This document shows, piece after piece, positions 1-8,222 of a stretch of 14,794 nt of DNA (position 1 is its first letter; the number at the start of each line of letters is the position of its first letter). The notes under the pieces were generated by a model. It was not told the origin of the DNA and did not search any database. It saw only the letters and a program-made list of their open reading frames with translations. The position numbers and the translations under genes were made by a program. This DNA comes from Candidatus Diapherotrites archaeon CG08_land_8_20_14_0_20_30_16 (GTDB taxonomy: Archaea; Iainarchaeota; Iainarchaeia; Iainarchaeales; 0-14-0-20-30-16). Where the stretch lies: assembly GCA_002779075.1 (NCBI GenBank), contig PEXK01000044.1, positions 1-14,794 on the forward strand, given 5' to 3'.

Positions 1-27
1 TGATGCAGTTTGGTGGAGGGTGATTTC

Positions 28-762
28 ATGATTAAAGCAATAGTTTTTGATTTGGATAACACATTAATGGATTTCTTGGCAAGAAAAGAAAAATCAATTG
101 ATGCAGCAATTAATGCAATGCATGATGCTGGACTAAATATTTCTTTTAAGAAAATAAAAAAAGAAATTTACAAAATATATGATACTGGATTTAATGTTGA
201 AGATCAACTGGTATTTCAAAAATTCTTGAAGAAATACAAAAAAGAAGACGATTTGAAGTTGATTGCAAAAGCAGTATTTGCATATAGGCGAATTAAACAA
301 GCAGAAACACACACTTATCCACAAGTAAGAAATGTTTTATTGCAAATAATTAAGAGAAAAATACCTATTGGTATAGTTAGTGATGGCCCAAAACTGTCTG
401 TTTGGATAAGGTTAACAGAATTAGGCATTGATGATTTTTTTGATTTTGTTATTGCTTTTGATGATACTGGTGCAAATAAATCGACAGATGTTCCATTTAC
501 AAAAGTAAAAACTCTTTTAAAGTATAGACCTGAAGATGTTTTGTTTGTTGGAGATTGGCCTGAGAGAGATATTTTTGGGGCTAAAAGAAATGGTTTTAAA
601 AGTTGTTTTGCAGCATATGGTTATTATGGCAGATCTCTTCCTAGGAGAGTTACACAAAAAGAAATCTCAGCAATAATTAAAAAATACAAACCAGATTATG
701 TTCTAAATAAATTTAGTGATATTTTGAATGTATTAGGAAAAGAAAATAAATGGAGGAATTAA
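28..762 (+). CDS. HAD-superfamily hydrolase (phosphatase-like)
   Basis: ORF 10..762. It has FDLDNTL (HAD motif I, DxDxT), VSDG (motif II) and K...GDWPERD (motifs III/IV). GGAGG at 15-19 precedes the ATG at 28, so I prefer 28 over the TTG at 10. Confidence 0.8.
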   Translation: MIKAIVFDLDNTLMDFLARKEKSIDAAINAMHDAGLNISFKKIKKEIYKIYDTGFNVEDQLVFQKFLKKYKKEDDLKLIAKAVFAYRRIKQAETHTYPQVRNVLLQIIKRKIPIGIVSDGPKLSVWIRLTELGIDDFFDFVIAFDDTGANKSTDVPFTKVKTLLKYRPEDVLFVGDWPERDIFGAKRNGFKSCFAAYGYYGRSLPRRVTQKEISAIIKKYKPDYVLNKFSDILNVLGKENKWRN

Positions 763-763
763 T

Positions 764-2305
764 ATGTCAAAAGAAAAAGAAACTAACACCAAAATAACAA
801 AATCAAAAAAAGGTGTTAGTAAAATGATGTATTTTACTACTCCAATTTATTATGTAAATGATGCTCCACATATTGGGCATGTGTTTACAACAGTTAATGC
901 TGATTTTCTAACCCGTTTTTACAAATCTCTGGGTTATGACACTTATTTTTTAACAGGAACAGATGAACACGGTCAAAAAATTGCAAAAGCTGCTCAACAA
1001 GCAAATAAAACGCCAAGAGAATTTACTGATACTATTGTTCCTAAGTTTTTTGATGTTCTAAATAAAATGCATATAGAAATAAATCACTTTATTAGAACAA
1101 CAGATCCTGAACATGAAGCTTTAGTTCAAAAATGGTTCCAAAAATTTTATGATAATGGCGACATTTATAAGGGAAAGTATAAAGGTAAATATTGTGTTGA
1201 TTGTGAAGGTTATTATGGTGATGATGAATTATTGCCTGGAGATTTATGTCCAAATCATAAAAAACCAGTTTCAGTAATGGAAGAAGAAACATATTTCTTC
1301 AAATTGTCTAAATATGAATTCTACGTAAAAGAATTGTTTGCAAAAAAAGATTTTATTCTGCCAGAAAAATATAAAGGCGAGGCACATCAAAGATTATCTC
1401 AAGGATTGAAAGATGTTAGTATTTCGAGAAAAAGCACTGACTGGGGCGTTAAAGTTCCTTTTGATAAAGAACATGTTGTCTGGGTATGGTTTGATGCATT
1501 AATAAATTATATTTCTGGTTTGCAGGGCAAAGAGCAGTATTGGCCAGCAACACATATATTGGGCAAGGATATTTTTTGGTTTCATGCAGTTTTATGGCCC
1601 GCAATGTTAAAAGCAATGAATTATGAGCCACCAAGATTTTTTGTTCATGGCTGGTGGACAACAAATGGAACAAAGATGTCCAAATCTTTGAATAATTTTA
1701 TTCCACCAGAAACATTGACAAAGTATGGTGTTGATGAAGCAAGATATTTTCTTTTGAGGCAGATGCCTTGTGGTGAAGATTCAGATTTTAATTCTAAATT
1801 TTTTGAAGAAAGATATTTGGAATTATCAAATACTGTAGGTAATTTAATTAACAGAGTTGCAATTATTGCACAAAAGAATTACATAGATCTGACAAAAGAC
1901 TATCCTATAGAAAAATCAATACAGATTGAGATTGATAAAACAATTAAAGAAGTAAAAGATGATTTAGACAGTTTTAAAGTGCAGGGTGCAATTATGAAAA
2001 TAATGTCTTTGGGTCAATTCTTAAATAAGTATACAAACGACACTGAACCTTGGAAATTGGTTAAGACTAATAAAGAAAAAGCAAGTGTTGTTGTTTATAA
2101 TTTAGTTTTAGGAATAAATCTTCTAACATTATTATTGGAGCCCTGTATGCCTGAAAAAATGAAAGAAGCACGCAAAATATTTCGTTTTAAAGCAGAGAAA
2201 ATAACAGATATTTACATTTTGAGCACAAAAAAGATAAAACCAGAAAAAGTATTGGAGATAGAACCAAAGATTTTATTTCCAATGATAATGAAGTTTGAGT
2301 TTTAA
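764..2305 (+). CDS. metG: Methionyl-tRNA synthetase, short form without a C-terminal tRNA-binding appendix
   Basis: Class I aaRS motifs are present: PHIGH (HIGH) near the N-terminus and KMSKS (..GTKMSKSLNN..). There is a CxxC...C knuckle (CVDCEGYY..LCPNH) and the overall MetRS pattern (YFLTGTDEHGQKI). GGAGG at 751-755 precedes the ATG at 764. Confidence 0.9.
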   Translation: MSKEKETNTKITKSKKGVSKMMYFTTPIYYVNDAPHIGHVFTTVNADFLTRFYKSLGYDTYFLTGTDEHGQKIAKAAQQANKTPREFTDTIVPKFFDVLNKMHIEINHFIRTTDPEHEALVQKWFQKFYDNGDIYKGKYKGKYCVDCEGYYGDDELLPGDLCPNHKKPVSVMEEETYFFKLSKYEFYVKELFAKKDFILPEKYKGEAHQRLSQGLKDVSISRKSTDWGVKVPFDKEHVVWVWFDALINYISGLQGKEQYWPATHILGKDIFWFHAVLWPAMLKAMNYEPPRFFVHGWWTTNGTKMSKSLNNFIPPETLTKYGVDEARYFLLRQMPCGEDSDFNSKFFEERYLELSNTVGNLINRVAIIAQKNYIDLTKDYPIEKSIQIEIDKTIKEVKDDLDSFKVQGAIMKIMSLGQFLNKYTNDTEPWKLVKTNKEKASVVVYNLVLGINLLTLLLEPCMPEKMKEARKIFRFKAEKITDIYILSTKKIKPEKVLEIEPKILFPMIMKFEF

Positions 2306-2747
2306 AGGTGATATTTTGTTTGTAAGAGTAACTATAGTAGACAAATCGTTGCCTATGCCAAAATATCATACAGAAGGCAGTGTAGGTTTTGATTTTTATT
2401 GTAGAGAATCCTGTGAGATACCCCCCAAAGAATTTAAATTAATACCCCAAAATCTTATTGTCGAAACTCCTAAAACTCATGCATTATTAATTTTTGCAAG
2501 AAGTTCTTTACACAAAAAAGGTTTGTTATTATTAAATGGTGTTGGTGTTGTAGATCAAGATTTTTGTGGCCCTGAAAATGAGATAAAAGCAATACTTTAT
2601 AATTATACAGATACTATAGTTAAAGTAGAGAAAGGCGACAGATTAGTCCAAGGATTATTTTTAGATGTTTTGATTCCTGAATTTGAAGACTGTCCACAAA
2701 TAAAGGAAGTAAGCAGAGGTGAAATAGGTTCAACAGGGCATAGGTGA
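2295..2747 (+). CDS. dut: dUTP diphosphatase (trimeric dUTPase family)
   Basis: All five dUTPase motifs are recognisable: GSVGFDF, ARSSL, GVVDQDFCG, DRLVQ and C-terminal SRGEIGSTG. The start is uncertain. TTG 2295 overlaps the metG stop by 11 nt. TTG 2316 lies just after AGGTGA (2306-2311) and is an equally plausible start. Confidence 0.8.
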   Translation: MSFKGDILFVRVTIVDKSLPMPKYHTEGSVGFDFYCRESCEIPPKEFKLIPQNLIVETPKTHALLIFARSSLHKKGLLLLNGVGVVDQDFCGPENEIKAILYNYTDTIVKVEKGDRLVQGLFLDVLIPEFEDCPQIKEVSRGEIGSTGHR

Positions 2748-2751
2748 TTAA

Positions 2752-3720
2752 ATGAAATTTTCAATTTATGCATTGATAATTTGTTTTCTTTTATTTTTTG
2801 GGGTATATCTTGTGAACTTGTGTATTGAAAAAGTAACTTATGAGCAAGTTATTTTAGAAGATACTGGCATAAAGCAAACTAATTTGTATCCTACAGGTTA
2901 TATGTTTTTAGCAGACAAACAAAGAGATTCTTATGATATTGAGAGCTTTGTATATCTGCTACAAAACTCAAACTACGATGAATTAAAATCATTGCAAACA
3001 TCTTTGTTAGTAATTGATCCTGAGAATGGTGATGGTGAATTACAATTTACAAATGAGCAAATAAAAGACTTGCACAGTAACAAGAAATATGTAATTGCAT
3101 ACATTGACATTGGTGAAGCAGAGAATTGGCGAAGTTATTACAAAAATATGCCTAAAGATATAATAGGAATAGAAAATCCAGATTGGGAAGATTGTTTTTA
3201 TGTTGCTTTCTGGCAACCTTATTGGAAACAATTAACCTATTCTCGTATAGCAAATTATTTGGATAATGGTTATGATGGTGTTTATTTAGATCTGATTGAT
3301 GTTTATGAATATTGGCAAGAACAAGGTGTAAAAGACGCAAAGCAGAAAGCAATTGATTTTGTTAAAGATATTTCTGTGAAAGTAAAAGCAAAGAACTCCA
3401 ATTTATTAGTTATTCCACAGAATGCATTAGAATTATTAAAAGAAAATGATTATATTAATTACATTGATGGTATTGGTGCTGAAAGCACATTTTATGATAC
3501 TGATAAATCAGCATCTTGGTCTAAATGGGATTTAGAATATTTAGATTATGCCATATCTAAGGGACGGTTTGTTTTAAGTATAGATTATTCAAAGAAGTTA
3601 AACAATAGGTGCAATTTTGTTAATAAAGCAAAAGCACACAAGTTTGTTCCTTTTGTAGGCCCTAAAGATTTAGATTTATTTGTCCACTTTTCCTGTCCAG
3701 AAATAGGATACAGTCAATGA
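2752..3720 (+). CDS. Membrane-anchored TM1410/MJ1477-family putative glycoside hydrolase (GH114-like TIM barrel)
   Basis: N-terminal hydrophobic segment (IYALIICFLLFFGVYLVNL). The motifs LLVIDPENGDGE..., VIAYIDIGEAENWRSYY and GYDGVYLDLIDVYEYW match my recollection of the PF03537/TIGR01370 family signatures. No search was run. Confidence 0.6.
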   Translation: MKFSIYALIICFLLFFGVYLVNLCIEKVTYEQVILEDTGIKQTNLYPTGYMFLADKQRDSYDIESFVYLLQNSNYDELKSLQTSLLVIDPENGDGELQFTNEQIKDLHSNKKYVIAYIDIGEAENWRSYYKNMPKDIIGIENPDWEDCFYVAFWQPYWKQLTYSRIANYLDNGYDGVYLDLIDVYEYWQEQGVKDAKQKAIDFVKDISVKVKAKNSNLLVIPQNALELLKENDYINYIDGIGAESTFYDTDKSASWSKWDLEYLDYAISKGRFVLSIDYSKKLNNRCNFVNKAKAHKFVPFVGPKDLDLFVHFSCPEIGYSQ

Positions 3721-4796
3721 TATTTATGGAAAATAATTTAGTCTTAAAAAAAATATTAAACAAAAGCTGGTTTGGTGGTGTTCGCGATGATAGTAATCTT
3801 TTCTTTTTTGATTTGCGGGCATTAGGAGAAGCAAAATATATCCCCAAAGAATATTGTGTGATGCCAAAATTATTATTGCCAAAAGACAACAAAATGATTA
3901 GATGTTTTTCTAAAGAAGATGCTAAGAAATTCCATTTAACAACTTATAAACGGTTGAAACAAAACCCAAAAGTATTTGCTAATTTGTTTGAGTCTGATTT
4001 TGAACTTTGGAAAAATGCAAAATTACTAAAGGTTGTAGATTCTAAGACTTTTCTTAAAGCAGTAGAAATATATCAGAAACACTGTGCTAATTTTATGTTG
4101 GGTATTTCTTTTGGCATGGTCTGTGGTGATCACAAAGATTTGTTAAATGCAAAATTAGTTGCAAGACTATATAAACAACACGACAAATGGCGCAACACAA
4201 TAACTTTTTATGAAGAACAATTGCTTAAGAAAATAGAGGATTATTTAATTGCGAATGATTTGAAAACTTTTAACACAATTTCTTTTACTGAGTTTAAAAA
4301 ATTTTGCAAGGACAAAACTGCTTTGACAGATTTAATTAAGAAACGACATAATAAGAAATTAGTTTATGTTTTTTATGGTAAACATTCTTCTGTGATTACC
4401 AATCTTGTTGTAATAAATGCTATTGTGAATCATGTATTTCTGCAACAAATTTCAAAATCAAAAGAACTAAGCGGTAGAGTCGCATTTCAAACAAAAGAGT
4501 TTGTAGAAGGTAAAGCTGTTCTTATTCCTACACAAAAAGAATTAGATAAATATACTGCAAAAGATTTGGAAGGAAAAATTGTAGTTGCATTGCAAACAAC
4601 TCCGCATTATACCCCCTACATACATAAGGTTAAAGGAATTATCACTGATGAAGGGGGAATAACATCTCACGCAGCAATAGTGTCTAGAGAATTAGAAATA
4701 CCCTGTATTGTTGGAACACAAAATGCTACAAAACAGATTAAGACTGGCGATAAAATAAGAATGAATTTAAAAACAGGAAAAGTAATTATATTATAA
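3717..4796 (+). CDS. Protein with a PEP-utilising-enzyme mobile (swivel phospho-histidine) domain and an uncharacterised helical N-terminal region
   Basis: The C-terminal ~90 aa (GIITDEGGITSHAAIVSRELEIPCIVGT) is the classic PF00391 swivel domain with the TSH phospho-His site. I recognise no ATP-grasp or PEP/pyruvate-binding TIM domain in the first ~270 aa. The ATG overlaps the upstream stop (ATGA). Confidence 0.75.
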   Translation: MIFMENNLVLKKILNKSWFGGVRDDSNLFFFDLRALGEAKYIPKEYCVMPKLLLPKDNKMIRCFSKEDAKKFHLTTYKRLKQNPKVFANLFESDFELWKNAKLLKVVDSKTFLKAVEIYQKHCANFMLGISFGMVCGDHKDLLNAKLVARLYKQHDKWRNTITFYEEQLLKKIEDYLIANDLKTFNTISFTEFKKFCKDKTALTDLIKKRHNKKLVYVFYGKHSSVITNLVVINAIVNHVFLQQISKSKELSGRVAFQTKEFVEGKAVLIPTQKELDKYTAKDLEGKIVVALQTTPHYTPYIHKVKGIITDEGGITSHAAIVSRELEIPCIVGTQNATKQIKTGDKIRMNLKTGKVIIL

Positions 4797-4804
4797 GTGA
4801 AATT

Positions 4805-5530
4805 ATGGTCACAAGATACAAACCAAAACAGATTTATTTGAAACATGGTAATTTGGTTAAACAATCAAGAGCTATGGCAATAGTTGCAAGGCATAGTATT
4901 AATGCTGGTTTTAATCTAGATTTAAATGGAAGACGACAAGCTTTTTGGGCAGGATCTAAATTGCCTTCTGGTTTTGAGATAATTTCCGCAGGCTCAAAAT
5001 TTGATAGAACACTAGAAACAATAGATTATGCAACACAAGGTTATGATTCAGCAAAAACTGGGAGAACAACAAAAGGAATTGCAGATGAAAGATTGAAAAA
5101 AGGGCAGTTAACAGATGCAGAAAAAGCTGAACTTCAGACAAGAAATAGAATTAATGAAATTTTAAGTGCTTTAGATGCAAGAAAACCAATTCAAGAATTA
5201 AAAAAATTGGGACAACAACTTTTAAAATTTATGATTACAGAAATTGCTAAGTCAGTAAAACAACAAAGAAAACCTTTGGGTTTATATGTTACCCACGAAG
5301 GTGCAGAAATAGCAATATTTTCTGCATTAGGAATTATAAAAGAGAAAGAAGACATTGAAAAGATATTTGGAAAGCGAAAACCTACAAAATTAGTTAAAGA
5401 TGCTGGCCCAAATTTAACACATACAGAAGGCATTTTATTTTACTTTTTGCAAAATGGTAGAATTATAATGTCATTTAGAAAAAAGAAATTTGATATTACA
5501 CGATTTATAGAAAATAACATAAACTATTAA
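4805..5530 (+). CDS. Hypothetical protein, possible divergent histidine-phosphatase superfamily member
   Basis: IVARHS..N (RHG-like motif with S for G), L.GRRQA...G.KL...EIISAGSKFDRTLET (resembles LTxxGxxQA...SSPLxRAxQT) and YVTHEGAEIAIFSALG (resembles VSHGGxIRALL). Motif-level resemblance only. Confidence 0.45.
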   Translation: MVTRYKPKQIYLKHGNLVKQSRAMAIVARHSINAGFNLDLNGRRQAFWAGSKLPSGFEIISAGSKFDRTLETIDYATQGYDSAKTGRTTKGIADERLKKGQLTDAEKAELQTRNRINEILSALDARKPIQELKKLGQQLLKFMITEIAKSVKQQRKPLGLYVTHEGAEIAIFSALGIIKEKEDIEKIFGKRKPTKLVKDAGPNLTHTEGILFYFLQNGRIIMSFRKKKFDITRFIENNINY

Positions 5531-5558
5531 TAAAAAAAAGAAAAAAGAATGGCAGAAT

Positions 5559-7394
5559 TTATTTACTGCCACCAGTTCCAAACAGTCTTGAGAAGTTAAA
5601 GAAGTTTCCGAACTTGTTTGCTTCATTATTTAGTTCTTTTGTTTGTTCTTCCAACACTTTTATTGTTTCTGGATCATTAATATTTCTATCTACTATTCTT
5701 TGTTTAATTGCTTTTAACTTATCTGCTTTTTCTTGCATTTTATTTGCATAATCATCATTGCCGAATAAATAGCTGAAGAAACCTAATTCTTTTTGGTCTT
5801 CAAGGGTATTATCTATTGTGTCACCAAGTTCATAAGCAAGTGCAGGATCAATAGATAACCATTTATCTGCTAATTTATATAAATCATGATCTACTAGTTT
5901 CACTCCAAATTGCCTGCATAAATTATTAACCATAAATTTAGCTACAGTTTCTGGGTTTGACTTAGCTGTATTGCAGTTTTCGACCATTTTTTGTTTAGAA
6001 GCACAATCTAATGCTGCATTTGCTAAACATTTAGCGCCTTCAAGTTTCATCATGTTTACGCCACTCATCATATTAGATGATTCTATTTTACACTTATAAT
6101 TTGCTTTTTCTTTCATGTCTTCAATATTAATCATCTCTTGTGGTAAATACATTTCAATAATTTCATCATCAGTTAAGTCGCACATCATTTCTGGACTGCC
6201 TTGAGGTCCACCACCCATACCGGGTTGCTGGGGGCCTATTACTGAAGATTTATAAAAATCGTTTTTTGTACAATCATCATGACAGTTCTCAGGATTTTCT
6301 CCTAAATCAGGTTCACAATAATTGTTGCCACAAATTGCTTTTTTTGGTTGTTCTGATGCTAAACCAAATAAGCCAACAGGATTTTTTGGAATAATTGTAA
6401 TTGCTGTTTTTGTAGAAACTGGTTCAGAATCAGATTCCTTTTGTTCTGGCTCTGATTCAACAGGTTGAGTTGTTGTCTCGTCAGGTTGTGTTGGTTCACT
6501 AGGTTGTGTTATTTCATCAGATTGGGTGGTAGTGGTAGGAAGCTTCTCAGTCTGGTCTTCTGAATTTTGTTGGTTTATTTCATCTTGCTTTGGTTCTTTT
6601 ATATCTTCTTTATATTCTGGTTCTTTCCACTCTTCTTTATATTTGGATTCTTTTATTTCTTGTTTTACTTCTTGCATTTTAGGTATATAGAAATCAGGCA
6701 ATTTTATTTCTGGGCCAGTGGTATCTTTAAATTTCTTTAATTCATTACACTTTGCTCTAAAATTTGAAAGTTGTGATTTTATTGATGTTTTTGCTTTTTC
6801 TGCATAAGCTTTTTTATTTTCAATTTCTTTGTTGAATTGTGCTTTGCAAATATCTATCATAAGATCTTCTGTCAAATCATTAGATGTTAATTTAGAGGGG
6901 TCTTTTCCCATTTTCTTTAAAATTATTTTTGCTTCTGGTGGCAAAGGAAGGTTTCCTTTCTGAAAGTTTTTACAAAATGATTCAGGATTGCATTCTTGCA
7001 CCTGAGACTCAAATTTTTTGCAGACATCTGATGTTTCTTCTGCATCTTTTATAATGTCTACTACTTTAGAAACAAGTTCTTCTTTATTTTTATCGCATTT
7101 TGTAATAACATCATTGCTATTAGAATAAATCCACATGTACACTGCAGTCATCCCTTCCATAAATTTCTGCTGAGCTACATATTCTGGATCAGCAAAACTT
7201 GAAAAAGGTAAACCGAAATCTAAATTAGAACCATTGTTCATTGGTGGTTGGCCTCCTGGCCCAAAACCTTTAGCAGGCTCACCAATTGGTGGTATTTCAT
7301 CAGGACCTTGTGAGCTAGTTTCAGCAAACACACCCCCAACAAGTAATGACAACATAAACAAAGTAAAAAATACTGATAAAATTTTCAATTGCAT
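5559..7394 (-). CDS. Secreted or surface Cys-rich protein with an acidic Pro/Thr/Glu-rich linker (hypothetical)
   Basis: ORF 5559..7409. I prefer the ATG at 7394 (MQLKILSVFFTLFMLSLLVGGVFA-ETS, signal-peptide-like) because GGAGGG sits 7 nt upstream of it. I count 16 Cys. A low-complexity KE/PT/QP linker spans about 6377-6662. No C-terminal TM segment and no recognisable domain. Confidence 0.7.
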   Translation of the reverse strand: MQLKILSVFFTLFMLSLLVGGVFAETSSQGPDEIPPIGEPAKGFGPGGQPPMNNGSNLDFGLPFSSFADPEYVAQQKFMEGMTAVYMWIYSNSNDVITKCDKNKEELVSKVVDIIKDAEETSDVCKKFESQVQECNPESFCKNFQKGNLPLPPEAKIILKKMGKDPSKLTSNDLTEDLMIDICKAQFNKEIENKKAYAEKAKTSIKSQLSNFRAKCNELKKFKDTTGPEIKLPDFYIPKMQEVKQEIKESKYKEEWKEPEYKEDIKEPKQDEINQQNSEDQTEKLPTTTTQSDEITQPSEPTQPDETTTQPVESEPEQKESDSEPVSTKTAITIIPKNPVGLFGLASEQPKKAICGNNYCEPDLGENPENCHDDCTKNDFYKSSVIGPQQPGMGGGPQGSPEMMCDLTDDEIIEMYLPQEMINIEDMKEKANYKCKIESSNMMSGVNMMKLEGAKCLANAALDCASKQKMVENCNTAKSNPETVAKFMVNNLCRQFGVKLVDHDLYKLADKWLSIDPALAYELGDTIDNTLEDQKELGFFSYLFGNDDYANKMQEKADKLKAIKQRIVDRNINDPETIKVLEEQTKELNNEANKFGNFFNFSRLFGTGGSK

Positions 7395-7557
7395 TTTAGT
7401 TCCCTCCAAAATATAATATTCCGTATCCTTTTATATTAGAAATTAGAAAAGAATAGTTCATACAAGTATATATACTTTTTGAATTTCTTATTATCAACAG
7501 TTTTTTATTCAACAGCATTTTAATAATACACGAAATTATACTGTTTAGTGTGATAAA

Positions 7558-8211
7558 ATGGAATCCATTAGTAACTTGCAAGACTTAAAAAAAGAGTTTC
7601 AACAAATATCTGATAATAACCTAGCAATGGATAAAAATAGTCTGTCTAGTGTGGGGTATATGGATATTGAAACAACTGGCTTGAGTTCTGAGCACAATCA
7701 TATAACTCTAATTGGTTTGCATTCTAGTGATGCAACAAGTGTTTACATTGACACACAGAATCACAAAAAAGCTTGTCAAGACATTGATAAGTGTAGGTAT
7801 TTGGTTACTTTTAATGGCAATAGATTTGATTTGCCCTTTATTAATAAACATTATGGCCTTCAATGTAACTTCAAATCAATAGACTTGATGTATTTATTTT
7901 GGCAAATGGGTTATTATGGCGGATTAAAGAAGGTTGAACAGCAATTGGGATTAAGCAGAATGTCAGAAGTTGAAGGCATGAAAGGTTCAGAGGCAGTTAC
8001 ACTTTGGCATAAGTACAAGGCCGGAAATCAAGAGGCTCTTAACAAATTAGTTAATTATAATATAGAAGATATTGTTAATCTTGAGGTTCTTTTTAATTTT
8101 GCTTTGCAAAGAGCACAAAACAATACTATTTCAAGCGATGAGTTGAAGCAAAACAAGAAAAACATTATGAATAGAATTAAGAATAATGAAAGTCTTTATA
8201 TTTGGGATTAA
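7558..8211 (+). CDS. RNase-H-like (DEDD) 3'-5' exonuclease domain protein, YprB/COG3359-like
   Basis: MDIETTGL (Exo I), VTFNGNRFDLPFI (Exo II) and YNIEDIVNLEVLF (Exo III). A TTTAATAATA TATA-like box lies ~30 nt upstream and there is no SD, so the transcript may be leaderless. Confidence 0.7.
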   Translation: MESISNLQDLKKEFQQISDNNLAMDKNSLSSVGYMDIETTGLSSEHNHITLIGLHSSDATSVYIDTQNHKKACQDIDKCRYLVTFNGNRFDLPFINKHYGLQCNFKSIDLMYLFWQMGYYGGLKKVEQQLGLSRMSEVEGMKGSEAVTLWHKYKAGNQEALNKLVNYNIEDIVNLEVLFNFALQRAQNNTISSDELKQNKKNIMNRIKNNESLYIWD

Positions 8212-8222
8212 GAGGTGTATTT

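Noticed and set aside
133-5433. Short antisense ORFs (133..324, 1092..1292, 1449..1673, 2187..2369, 3040..3231, 3152..3352, 3662..3892, 4667..4864, 4956..5141, 5191..5433; likewise 8770..9009 further right)
   Set aside because: All lie opposite well-supported longer CDSs. They have low-complexity, hydrophobic or Phe/Leu/Ile/Asn-rich translations typical of AT-rich antisense frames, and no SD.
5550-5571. Hairpin TGGCAG-N10-CTGCCA between the convergent genes, as a bidirectional terminator
   Set aside because: The stem is only 6 bp with a 10-nt loop, and the right arm lies inside the last codons of the - strand CDS. The A/T runs at 5531-5548 are a sufficient termination signal.
7234-7581. ORFs 7234..7416 (+) and 7396..7581 (-)
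   Set aside because: The first is antisense to the signal-peptide region of the secreted protein. The second occupies the AT-rich divergent promoter region and overlaps the exonuclease start. Neither has an SD or motif.
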